Of a DNA stretch of 64,000 nt, positions 21,953 through 33,355 are shown one piece after another (within the stretch, counting starts at the first letter, position 1; every line of letters begins with the position of its first letter). Origin of the DNA: Flectonema sp. DT1601 (Eukaryota). Position numbers and translations under genes: made by a program. The notes under the pieces are model-generated. The model was not told where the DNA came from. It did no database searches and worked only from the letters and a program-made list of their open reading frames with translations. The DNA is taken from positions 186,001 through 250,000 of the forward strand of contig OZ025781.1 of the NCBI GenBank assembly GCA_964019425.1, given 5' to 3'.

Positions 21953-24448
21953 TTATAGCCTTCCATCCTGCGGTACTAACGAAGCACTCCCGGCATTAAA
22001 AAAAGAAGCCTGAGTATGTTCCCCAAGTTCTTCATCTTTTTGCTCCTGAGATGCTTTTTCCTTTCTACAACAACACATGTAAACAATAACAACAGCAACT
22101 ATTACGACTACAACAGAAATGAACGAAATCAGAAGTGTATTGCGAAGCTTCACATCGCTGTCATCACTGCTTTTCGCAGGAGACGCCACAACGGTACCTG
22201 GCACCTTGTAAGTTCCAGCCTCAAATTCCACCCAATTAGTTGAAGCAGTCGAACTGAGTGCAGCAGTTTGCTGAAGCATCTGCAACTCTGTTGCAGCTGA
22301 GAATGGAGGCCAGAAAGGCAACACATGATCAGCATAAACAGGAAGAAATTCATCCGAAATAGATGTGCTCGGATCAGTGTAGAAAGCAGCTAAACTGAAT
22401 GTCAGCGCGGCGTTAGTTCTCGTGATTGGAGTCAGCGGCTTGTTTACGTTGTTCATAGCGGCGGTGGCCACCCAAGTTTTCCATTCGAAAAACGGTCCAT
22501 TTGTAGCAGAACTTACTCTGTGCTTTTCCCCAGAAACACCACCAGCAGAGACAATTGTTACGGCCTTGGCCTTTCTAAGGAGCTTCACAGTATGAGAACA
22601 AGAACTTCCACATCCTCCGAGTGATATAACTTTGATGGTTGCGAATCCCTTCGTAGGTTTATTGATTATCTCACTCGCTCCAAGGTTACACTGAGCAAAC
22701 CCAGCAGAGCCTATCAATGCAAATGGTGATTCAAAGAGAGAAACAATCTTTGGAAGCACAAACACTTCAGGTGATCCAGCAGCCCTGCTCTTCTTCGGAG
22801 CGTTGTTAAAGAGATCATTTAATTTATCGAATGCTTTCTCAAGGTTTGTACTACCCAAAAGTTCGTTGTATAAGTTTTCCCCGGTAGAAATACGCAACGC
22901 GTTGTAGTCTTCACCACCAACCGCAACTGCAACAGATTGTATCAAACTGATGTATCCCTTAGTGAAGTCAGTGAGGTGGTATTCAAAAGAACCCTTAGTG
23001 GAAGCAGCACTTGCAGGTGAGATACGGAAATCGCTACTCGTCCTCGATGCGTTCCTCAGTCCTGCAGGGTATTGGAGCTTCGGAGTCAAGTACTCAATCG
23101 CCGTAGAATACAGTAGCTGAAGTCCACCACCGTTACCACGGACGTCCAAAATCAATTCTGTGATTCTCGGGGAAAACGCAATCGCATAATCACTGCAAGC
23201 CTCAATAACTTTTAAAAACCTAAGTAAGACTTTTGCCTCATCACAACCCTGTAAGTTGGTAGTATTAGGGGAAAAGCTTCCGATGTACAAGTACATTACT
23301 GGCTTTGCGTTGGTTTCGAATGAGCTGCACACAATATTCGGTTCATTGGTATTTTGTGGATATTGAGCAACTATCTTACCCTGATTCCAGAGATCTGAAG
23401 AAGCAAGCTGCTGAACTGATCTTTTGGACACCCGTTCCTGTTCCTTCTTTGCAGATGCAGCCTTGTCAGCCTTGTCAGCGTTGTGAAGATCTCTCGCAAT
23501 GTCTGAAAGTGGATTAGGAAGAAGGTTTGGTCCGGAGTTCACTTCAGGACTTTTATGAATACCTGCCCTCTGATCAGCGATAGGAGGAATTGGTTTATAT
23601 GCCTCTCTGTTCTGCCTGATGTGAGTAATGTCGTTAGGGGTCACTGGTGCTTCCTGTGCCTGAGCACCTCTCGCAGTCGCTGCTGGACGGTTACCAGCAA
23701 CTATGACAGCGGTTGTTAACTGTGGTTCTGCTCTTCCAGAGTAGATTGGAAGGGTGTGAGACGTACCAGCAACAGTTATTTGCATTGTGGTGGCCTGGTA
23801 TCCAGATGAGGTTGAAGATATACCTGCAGCGTTAGGGTTGTTTAGGTATTCATTAAGGTCTGCGCCATTAGACTTCGAAGTGCCGTTGTCACCAAGCAAC
23901 TTTGCTAAAGAGGCCACTGCTGGCTGTCCGTTGATTGCAGTTACGACGTTTCCAACCTGAACACTGCTCCACGTCTGTCCCTGAGAATAGGCAGCGAAAA
24001 GGGCATGGCGTTCCCTGATGAAAATAACTTGCTGTCCGTTATCCATTCTGGTTCCGAATACAAAAGGAATAGATAAAGTAGAGTGATATCCCGATGGCAG
24101 AGTGTAAGAAGTATGCCCGTCTTGTAACTTTAAGAAGAGTTGAGCCATTGAAGCTTGAAATTGGAAATCACTATTCCACTGTTGAGTAGAGAACTGTTGA
24201 AGAGAACCCTTCAAGTTAACCTTTCCAATCACAGATGGGTCTGTTGATAGAGCGATGTCAGTTCCATGGTAAAACTCAACCATCTCAAGCGCTGCTTTTG
24301 TCGCTTCCGTCACAGTTGCTTGATCCACCGGAACAGTGTTGTAACAGTCAAAGATTTCACTAGCTCTGTAGTAGTAATAATCATCTATCAGCCGCCCCTG
24401 CAAATTACATTGCGACACCGCCAGCAGGTTTATCATTGAGAGTAACAT
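21953..24448 (-). CDS. S41-family membrane protease, paralogue 4 (831 aa)
   Basis: Same motifs; mosaic of paralogue 2-like and 3-like blocks. Confidence 0.85.
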   Translation of the reverse strand: MLLSMINLLAVSQCNLQGRLIDDYYYYRASEIFDCYNTVPVDQATVTEATKAALEMVEFYHGTDIALSTDPSVIGKVNLKGSLQQFSTQQWNSDFQFQASMAQLFLKLQDGHTSYTLPSGYHSTLSIPFVFGTRMDNGQQVIFIRERHALFAAYSQGQTWSSVQVGNVVTAINGQPAVASLAKLLGDNGTSKSNGADLNEYLNNPNAAGISSTSSGYQATTMQITVAGTSHTLPIYSGRAEPQLTTAVIVAGNRPAATARGAQAQEAPVTPNDITHIRQNREAYKPIPPIADQRAGIHKSPEVNSGPNLLPNPLSDIARDLHNADKADKAASAKKEQERVSKRSVQQLASSDLWNQGKIVAQYPQNTNEPNIVCSSFETNAKPVMYLYIGSFSPNTTNLQGCDEAKVLLRFLKVIEACSDYAIAFSPRITELILDVRGNGGGLQLLYSTAIEYLTPKLQYPAGLRNASRTSSDFRISPASAASTKGSFEYHLTDFTKGYISLIQSVAVAVGGEDYNALRISTGENLYNELLGSTNLEKAFDKLNDLFNNAPKKSRAAGSPEVFVLPKIVSLFESPFALIGSAGFAQCNLGASEIINKPTKGFATIKVISLGGCGSSCSHTVKLLRKAKAVTIVSAGGVSGEKHRVSSATNGPFFEWKTWVATAAMNNVNKPLTPITRTNAALTFSLAAFYTDPSTSISDEFLPVYADHVLPFWPPFSAATELQMLQQTAALSSTASTNWVEFEAGTYKVPGTVVASPAKSSDDSDVKLRNTLLISFISVVVVIVAVVIVYMCCCRKEKASQEQKDEELGEHTQASFFNAGSASLVPQDGRL

Positions 24449-24456
24449 TTTATTTA

Positions 24457-27055
24457 GAAAACTGATGATGAGAAGTTGTGGATTCATCGTATTGACTGGA
24501 TGGGTAACTATTTGTGGTATCGACTTAGTACGAATATCTGTGTTGATGTCCTGGAAAAGAAAAGTATCAATCAATTTAGTGACTAACATTAAAAAACCAA
24601 CACAGCCCAGCAGGTAGCTGTCGGGATAACGGAGTTAGTTGTTCAACGCCTGGGCTCCCTGTTGAGGGTCGTCATCCGGCAATCGAATTGTTTACTTGCA
24701 TCCCATTGTTATCGAAACAAACGAAATTTATCTTTACGGTGTGAAGTCGCTTGAACAATATAAAGAATGGGGGAAGACGACAAATTTTAATCAAAAAAAG
24801 AAGAGGGATTTTATTTTCTTCGTATCTTTTTTCTTTATTCCCTTCGCAGTGCAATTAATACGACGACTACTTGTACGATGGGCAATCGTGTCCAATCCCA
24901 GGCGATTGTTCAAAAAGTTTTCACGGCAATTCAGTACTGGTTCCCTGCTTGTGATGTCATTCTCAGACATCTATTTCTTTTCTGTTGACGGTTCCCTTAA
25001 GAGAGGAGCAAAAGAAAGAAAGCAAAAAAAGTTTCAGAAAAACACGAAAATGAAAACAAAAACTGTTGTACGGTTCCCAAAGTTGCCGATAGCAGCAGCT
25101 TTTCATGTCTTTTTTCCCCTCCTCTGCCCTCAATTCTTGTTGATTTGTGTTCCACCAACTGCTGACTACCTCACAGTAGCAAGTGCAAAGCTAATAAAAT
25201 TATAGCAATAAAGGACAGACAGAGAGTAACCTCCCATCTAACCGTTGTTCTATACGCAAGTTAATGGTCTAGAATAGTAGAGAAACTAAATGAGAGTTTT
25301 AAGGAATGAATTCGTGGAAGAGATGTCACCAAGGATGTGGAAACGTTTGTCGAGTTACGTTTTCTGTCTTAAATTCTCAGTTAGTGCGACTCTTATTCTT
25401 TTTCTTTTTTTTTCTTGTTTTTCGTTCTTTTTTTTTTCCCCTACGAGAAATCATAAGGGAAGCGGAGATTCACAAAAACCATTCAGATTAGTATATTTCA
25501 TTGAAGGCAGCTCATCATCATCTTAAGGTTAAAATAAATCATGACCATAAGAAATATCGGCTTTCAATCTGAATAGTTTCTTCTCCGACTATGTCAAAAA
25601 TAATGTTCCTAAAGAAAGGATTTCATGTGCCCAACCATCATTGACAATATTTTCCCCCTTTTTTTTTTTCTATTCAGATTCAAGACAAGTTCTCTGGTTT
25701 TTTTGGTAAATAAATTTCTTACAAAAAAAATAATAATAATAATAATAATAAAACTTTGTCATTTCTTGTTTATTTCTTACAGTACTATGGTAAATTTGTG
25801 TACATGTCGTTGGATAGGACACCTGTGTTAATACACATTCTTTCGCTTTTAAAAAATCTCATCGCGACCTGAAAAGCGTTAAAGATCAAAGTGGAAGCGA
25901 GCAACCCGCTGACAGAATGAATGTTTCCAGTCGCTGACATAACCAGAGATATCACAAACAACAGCTCGTTAATTACACGACGGCTGCACTGAGAAAGATT
26001 CACAAGAGAACAGTTAGGATATGAGTTTTGTTATATTAGTCAGTACTAGCTATATTAGCGGAAAGTGATCTGAGGAGAGGTGATTTATGTTATTTGTGTT
26101 TTTGTCTTCGTTTTAAATTGGTTAGTTAGTGTCTCCGAATGACGGAGAAAGTTTGTTCTTTATTTTTAATTGTTTTTTTCTTTTTAAGTCCAGGGAGATA
26201 AAAGGTTCGAAGAAGCCCATGGGGGATAACAGGAGTTCGTTACCACAACCTACAAGCGAGAAGAGACGTTATTTTAATCAACCGCATGACTAGTAAGAGA
26301 CGGCTGATAACGCCTATCATTAAGGCACAAGTTAAAAAATAGTTTCTCCTTTTAAAATGTCTCATTCAGTTCATCGCGACTTGAAAAGCATCGAAGATCA
26401 AAGTGGAAGCGAGCAACCCGCCGACAGAATGAAAGCTTCCAGTCGCTGACATAACCAGAGATATCATAAACAACAGCTCGTTAATTATTATTAAGAAATA
26501 TTTTCATACGAAAACAGTTAGAATATGAGTTTTGTTATATTAATCAGTATTAGCTATATTAGCGAGGAGAGGACTACACTCCTTACCCATCCCTCTTCAG
26601 TGAAAGAGAGCAAGGAGGACACTGCGGTATCAGACCTGTCCTACTCATCGTTGGACTGAATATGAGTTTGTTATATTAATTGTTATTAGTAAATAAAGAC
26701 GTAATCGAGTAATCTGAAGAGAGGGATGTTTTTTTCTTGCCGCGGTACTTACGCAGGATCCACGTCAGATAAAGAAGAATACACAACACTGGTGTAAAAT
26801 AAAATGATTCCCAGCATTCCAATATAATCCACAGAGGTGGTTACATGTGATGAATTGATATATTAATTTTTACGAATTAAAAAAAAATATAAAACGAAAT
26901 TAAACAACTGACTTTCCTGCACCACAAAAGTCCATACAACAGTTGCCAAACAAGTCATAGAATTTTCAAACGAATGAACTCAAGAAACGCTGATACCTGT
27001 TCGAAGATATCAGGGGAGGGGTGACTCTGATGGCAACATTGATGGGAAACAAAAG
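24457..27055. mobile_element. Spacer of integrase/pol relic modules, duplicate of 13533-15945
   Basis: Colinear near-identity with the spacer between paralogues 2 and 3. Confidence 0.5.
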
Positions 27056-27203
27056 GTACTAACAACAAAAACACGCAGATTTCTATTCTTAGTTAGTTAG
27101 CAGCTATTCTTGAATTCTTCTAGCTTTCACTCCCAGTATGAACAAAAGGGGATTACTGTTTGAGCACATGTTTTAATAACATTCTCAATGAAACACAATA
27201 ATA

Positions 27204-29657
27204 TTAGACAGTTCTGTCGGGACGATCTTCAAGTTCTTCGTCTTCTTGTTCCTGAGATGATGATTTCCTACAACAACACATGTAAACAATAACAATAACA
27301 ACTATTACGAATACGGCAGAAAATATCGAAATCAGAAGTGTATTGCGAAGCTTCACATCGCTGTCATCGCTGCTTTTCGCAGGTGCCGTAGTAGCAGACC
27401 CCACAACGGTACCTGGCACCTTGTAAGTTCCAGCCTCAAATTCCACCCAATTAGTTGAAGCAGTCGAACTGAGTGCAGCAGTTTGCTGAAGTATCTGCAA
27501 CTCTGTTGCAGCTGAGAATGGAGGCCAGAAAGGCAACACATGATCAGCATAAACAGGAAGAAATTCATCCGAAAGAGACGTGCTCGGATCAGTGTAGAAA
27601 GCAGCTAAACTGAATGAAAGCGCGGCGTTAGTTCTCGTGATCGGAGTCAGTGGCTTGTTTACGTTGTTCTCAGCGGCGGTAGCAACCCAAGATTTCCACT
27701 CTACAAATGGTCCATTTGTAGCAGAACTTACTCTGTGCTTTTCTCCAGAAACACCACCAGCAGTGACAATTGTTACGGCCTTGGCTTTACTAAGAAGCTT
27801 TATAGCATGAGAACAAGAACTACCACATGCTCCGAGTGATATAACTTTGATGGTTGCGAATCCCTTCGTAGGTTTGGTAATTATCTCATTCGCTGCAAAG
27901 TTACACTGAGCGCCCAGCGTAGAGTCTTTCAATGTAAATAGTGATTCATAGAGAGAAACGACCATTGGAACCACATACACCGCAGGTGATCCAGCAGCCC
28001 TGCTCTTCTTCGGAGCGTTGTTAAAGAGATCATTTAATTTAGCCTTCGCCTGCTGCGCGTTTGTACTGGCCAAAGGTTCGTTGTATAAGTTTTCACCAGT
28101 AGAAATACGCAACGCGTTGTAGTTTTCACCACTTACCACAATAGACTGCATCATATTAATGTATCCCTTAGTGAAGTCAGTGAGGTGGAATTGCAAAGCA
28201 CCCTTAGTAGCAGCAGCACTTGCAGGTGAGATACGGAATTCACTATTTGTTTTCGAGACTTCTCTGAAGCCTGCAGGGAATTGGAGTTTCGGAGTGAAGT
28301 AGTCAATCGCCGTAGAATACAGTAGCTGAAGTCCACCACCGTTACCACGGAAGTCCAGGATCAATTCTGTGATTCTCGGGGAAAACGCAATTGCATAATC
28401 ATTGCAAGCCTCAATAACTTTTAAAAACCTGAAGAAGACTTTATTTTCATCACAACCCTGTAAGTTAGTAATGTTAACTTCAAAGGTTCCGATGTACAAG
28501 TACATTACTGGCTTTGCGTTGGTTTCGAAAGAGCTGCACACAATATTCGGTTCATTGGTATTTTGTGGATATTGAGCAACTATCTTACCCTGATTCCAGA
28601 GATCTGAAGAAGCAAGCTGCTGAACTGATCTTTTGGACACGCGTTCCTGTTCCTTCTTTGCAGATGCAGCCTTGTCAGCCTTGTCAGCGTTGTGAAGATC
28701 TCTCGCAATGTCTGAAAGTGGATTAGGAGGAAGGTTAGGTCCGGAGTTCACTTCAGGACTTTTATGAATACCTGCCCTCTGATCAGCGATAGGAGGAATT
28801 GGTTTGTATGCCTCTCTGTTCTGCCTGATGTGAGTAATGTCGTTAGGGGTCACTGGTGCTTCCTGTACCTGAGCACCTCTCGCAGTCGCTGCTGGACGGT
28901 TACCAGCAACTATGACAGCGGTTGTTAACTGTGGTTCTGCTCTTCCAGAGTAGATTGGAAGGGTGTGAGACGTACCAGCAACAGTTATTTGCATTGTGGT
29001 GGCCTGGTATCCAGATGAGGTTGAAGATATACTTCCAGCATCTGAGTTCATTAAATATTCATTAAGGTCAGCACCATTAGACTTCGAAGTGCCGTTGTCA
29101 CCAAGCAACTTTGATAAAGAGGCCACTGCTGGCTGTCCGTTGATTGCAGTTACGACGTTGCCAACCTGAACACTGCTCCACGTCTGTCCCTGAGAATAGG
29201 CAGCGAAAAGGGCAAGGCGTTCCCTGATAAAAATAACTTGCTGTCCATTATCCATTCTGGTTCCGAATACAAAAGGAATAGATAAAGTAGAGTGATATCC
29301 CGATGGTGGAGTGTAAGAAGTATGCCCGTCTTGTAACTTTAAGAAGAGTTGAGCCATTGAAGCTTGAAATTGGAAATCACTATTCCACTGTTGAGTAGAG
29401 AACTGTTGAAGAGAACCCTTCAAGTTAACCTTTCCAATCACAGATGGGTCTGTTGATAGAGCGATGTCAGTTCCTTGATAGAACTCAACCATCTCAAGCG
29501 CTGCTTTTGTCGCTTCCGTCACAGTTGCTTGATCCACCGGAACAGTGTTGTAACAGTCAAAGATTTCACTAGCTCTGTAGTAGTAAAAGTTATCTATCAG
29601 CCGCCCCTGCAAATTACATTGCGACACCGCCAGCAGGTTTATCATTGAGAGTAACAT
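27204..29657 (-). CDS. S41-family membrane protease, paralogue 5 (817 aa)
   Basis: Nearly identical to paralogue 3. Confidence 0.85.
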   Translation of the reverse strand: MLLSMINLLAVSQCNLQGRLIDNFYYYRASEIFDCYNTVPVDQATVTEATKAALEMVEFYQGTDIALSTDPSVIGKVNLKGSLQQFSTQQWNSDFQFQASMAQLFLKLQDGHTSYTPPSGYHSTLSIPFVFGTRMDNGQQVIFIRERLALFAAYSQGQTWSSVQVGNVVTAINGQPAVASLSKLLGDNGTSKSNGADLNEYLMNSDAGSISSTSSGYQATTMQITVAGTSHTLPIYSGRAEPQLTTAVIVAGNRPAATARGAQVQEAPVTPNDITHIRQNREAYKPIPPIADQRAGIHKSPEVNSGPNLPPNPLSDIARDLHNADKADKAASAKKEQERVSKRSVQQLASSDLWNQGKIVAQYPQNTNEPNIVCSSFETNAKPVMYLYIGTFEVNITNLQGCDENKVFFRFLKVIEACNDYAIAFSPRITELILDFRGNGGGLQLLYSTAIDYFTPKLQFPAGFREVSKTNSEFRISPASAAATKGALQFHLTDFTKGYINMMQSIVVSGENYNALRISTGENLYNEPLASTNAQQAKAKLNDLFNNAPKKSRAAGSPAVYVVPMVVSLYESLFTLKDSTLGAQCNFAANEIITKPTKGFATIKVISLGACGSSCSHAIKLLSKAKAVTIVTAGGVSGEKHRVSSATNGPFVEWKSWVATAAENNVNKPLTPITRTNAALSFSLAAFYTDPSTSLSDEFLPVYADHVLPFWPPFSAATELQILQQTAALSSTASTNWVEFEAGTYKVPGTVVGSATTAPAKSSDDSDVKLRNTLLISIFSAVFVIVVIVIVYMCCCRKSSSQEQEDEELEDRPDRTV

Positions 29658-30585
29658 TTTATTTAGAAAACTGATGATGAGAAGTTGTGGATTCATCGTA
29701 TTGACTGGATGGGTAACTATTTGTGGTATCGACTTAGTACGAATATCTGTGTTGATGTCCTGGAAAAGAAAAGCATCATCAATTTAGTGACTAACATTAA
29801 AAATCCAACACAGCCCAGCAGGTAGCTGTCGGGATAACGGGGTTAGTTGTTCAACGCCTGGGCTCCCTGTTGAGGGAGGAAAGACAAGAAGAAGATTACA
29901 GTAATGTTTATTTTATTTTTTTCAAATATTATTGACATAAAGGGATTCTTCTTGTCTAGTCAGTTTCAGAGAAGACGATGACAGGATACTCAACAGAATT
30001 ATTCTATTCGTCGAAAGACCCTTTGAAAATATATATTTCCCAGAATGAATTAATATGAACAATAAAATAAAATAAGATGTTTAATACAATAAACCGAAGA
30101 GAGCAGATGGAAGTAACTTATATTTTCTTGCCGCGGTACTAAAAACAGCAACCTCGTCAGAGAGAGGGAAAAAAAAAAAAAAAAAGAACATAACAGCTTT
30201 TCACCAAAATAATTTTTTTTTTTTTTTTTGGCAAAATACAAACTGATGACTACGAGGGGTCTGGGTAGCCCGCATCAGTAAGGACCCAATCGCGAAGATT
30301 GTAGTTTCATAGTATCGGCTGGAAGTGATCGTAAAATAAATAATTTCAAGTAATCTATAGAAGTGGTTACAGAACAGATGAATGAAAATATTAATTTTGA
30401 CGATTTAAGAAATAAAAAAGGAAAATCAACAACTGACTTTCCTGCACCACAAAAGAACACAATATCCACACAACAGTTGCCTACCATACGCACTGATACC
30501 TGTTAGAAGATATCAGGGGAGGGGTGACTCTGATGGCAACATTGATGGGAAACAAAAAAGTAGAATCACAAATCCGAATCCGAAT

Positions 30586-30734
30586 CCGAACAGTGTTGTA
30601 ACAGTCAAAGATTTCACTAGCTCTGTAGTAGTAAAAGTTATCTATCAGCCGCCCCTGCAAATTACATTGCGACACCGCCAGCAGGTTTATCATTGAGAGT
30701 AACATTTTATTTGAAGAACTGTTTAATAAAATAC
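30586..30734 (-). pseudogene. Truncated S41 gene 5' end (ATG at 30705; MLLSMIN...DCYNTV only)
   Basis: Matches the first 39 codons of the paralogues plus about 29 bp of leader, then breaks at (AATCCG)3. Confidence 0.9.
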
Positions 30735-31036
30735 GATAAACAGTTTTTCTTTTGAAATCAAAACATCTAAAAAAAACTCCGAAGAGATAACAGTAAGTAG
30801 GTACCACAACCGTGAAACTATCACAACGGAGAAGAGACGAACGTTTAACAGAAGTAAGTGACGACTCAGACCCACCGCATATATGAAGCAGGCAGTGTAA
30901 AATACAGCTGATAAAAAAACCATCTCTTCGCCGCTTTTATATTATGAAAGGAAGAGGAAAGTAAGAAAGAAATAAGATGACTAAAAGAGTAATGATAAAG
31001 TTATTCAACTAAAATAACTAAATTCTTCTTTACAAT

Positions 31037-32770
31037 GTCGGGATAATGGAGTTAGTTGTTCAACGCCTGGGCTCCCTGTTGAGGGAAGTCATCCGACGAT
31101 AGAGTTGTTCAGTTATCCATATAACAGAAATTTATCTTACGATGTGAAGTCGCTTGAACAATATAAAAAAACGGCTTAAAAATATCGGAAGAAGACAAGT
31201 TTTCAAAAAAAATAATAGGAATTTTGTTTTCTCCGTATCTTTTTTCTTCTTCCATGTTTTTTTTTTTTATTCCCTTCGCAGTGCAAGCTACCTAATACGA
31301 CGAGTAGGGCAATAATCCCAGGCGACGGTTCAAAAGGTATTCACGGCAATTCAGTACTGGTTCCCTGCTTGTGATGTCATTCTCAGACATCTATTTCTTT
31401 TCTGTTGACAGTTCCCTTAAGAGAGGAGCAAAAGAAAGAGAGCAAAAAAGGTTTCAGAAAAACACGAAAATGAAAACAATAACTGTTGCACGGTTCGCGA
31501 TAGCAGCAGCTTTTCATGTCTTTTTTTCCCCTCCTCCGCCTTCAGCTTCTTTCGATTTGTTTTCCACCAGCTGCTAACTACTTCACAGTAGCAAGTGCAA
31601 AGCTAATGAAATTATAGGAATAAAGGACAGACAGAGAGTAACCTCCAATCTAACCGTTGTTCTATACGCAAGTTAATGGTCTAGAATAGTAGAGAAACTA
31701 AATGAGAGTTTTAAGGAATGAATTCGTGGAAGAGATGTCACCAAGGATGTGGAAACGTTTGTCGAGTTACGTTTCTCTCATAAATGCTCTGCTGGGGTAA
31801 TCCACTTTTTCACTTTAGTTTAGCCGTGGTATACTTCATGGAATACAGCTCATCATGACAATAAATATCGGCTTTCAATCTGAATAGTTTCTTCTCCGAC
31901 TACGTCGGTACAAAAAGAAGAAATCTTTTTCGCTTTTAAAAAATCTCATCGCGACTTGAAAAGCATTAAAGATCAAAGTGGAAGCGAGCAACCCGCTGAC
32001 AGAATGAAAGCTTCCAGTCGCTGACATAACCAGAGATATCACAAATAACAGCTCGTTAATAACAAGACGGCTGCACTGAGAAAGATTCACAAGAGAACAG
32101 TTAGAATATGAGTTTTGTTATATTAATCAGTATTAGCTATATTAGCGGAAAGTGATCTGAGGAGAGGTGATTTGTATTTTTTGTCTGCTGCGGTACTAAC
32201 ACAGCCGCCCCTCGTCTGAAAAATTAAAAAAAGATTGTCACTAAAATAAAATGATTAGTAATCTCGTAGTGATAACACATGATTGAGGAATTATTTTAAT
32301 TTAATTTTTGACGAATAAAGAAATAAAAAAGGAAATTCAACACAGTAGATGTACATTATCCATACAACAGTTGCCAAACAAGTCAAAATTTTCAAACGAC
32401 TAAACATAAGAAACGCTGATACCTGTTCGAAGATATCAGGGGAGGGGTGACTCTGATGGCAACATTGATGGGAAACAAAAAGGTCGAATCACAAAACTCA
32501 AAACACGCAAATGAATTGAACGAAACATGCAAACCGAAAACCCGCAGATTTGTATTTTCTTTTAAACTATTTTGTTATCCCAGTACTTTTCACATAATCA
32601 AGTTTTTGATTTTATTTCGTCAAGTCGGGATTACATGAAATGCGGGTAACATCGGATTATAAAAAACCACGGCAAACAAAATCAGACATTGTGTTTCGAC
32701 TGCGGAAGGATTACTCCCAGCTGCTTGTCTAGAGACTAACAGGTTGAAAACAACAAAGAAAGGAAAGAAA
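31037..32770. mobile_element. Compact relic spacer: plus-strand integrase (31037-31500) and minus-strand RT > RH > IN modules (31555-32770)
   Basis: Minus strand GVILP, RISC, MLP/SPDIFEQV, CMDNV, LINITKLIF, VSD; plus strand ELVVQRLG...EV/SDD. Confidence 0.5.
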
Positions 32771-33355
32771 TGATCGAAAATCCGTAGATTCCATACAAAA
32801 CTATTTTCCCGATCGAAACCTCACCCAGAAGGTGGAAAAAAGAAAAACATAAAAAAGGATAAATTGATAAGAACCCGAATGAAAAACTTTTCATACCTAT
32901 GCCTAAACAGTCATTGTGAGAAATAGCTTCGCTAATAAAGGCAAGTTACATTGTACAAAAAGGGGGATGAAACTTTGACAATGAAAAAACAGTAACAACT
33001 TTAGGTATTAAAAACAAAATTAATATCAAAGTACTTGACTGAAAAAATATTTGTAGTTGTTAATCAAAGAAAATTACGTTTAGAAAAAAAAGTAAACATA
33101 AAAAAAGAGAAAACTATATTTTTTTTTATCTTACTGACCAGAAGACGATGAAATAGCCTCCCAAATGAAGCCAAGTTACATTGTACAAAAAGGGGGAAAG
33201 TGAAAAACAAAAAGAATAATCGGAAATCACAAAGTCAAGCAGTTTGTAGTTTTTATTAATCCAACTACCAGCTCACACAAATAGTTTTCATGAGTGAATA
33301 ATGCTTGTCTCACATATGAGAAGCGACAATATAATGGGAAAGAAACACAAAAAGA

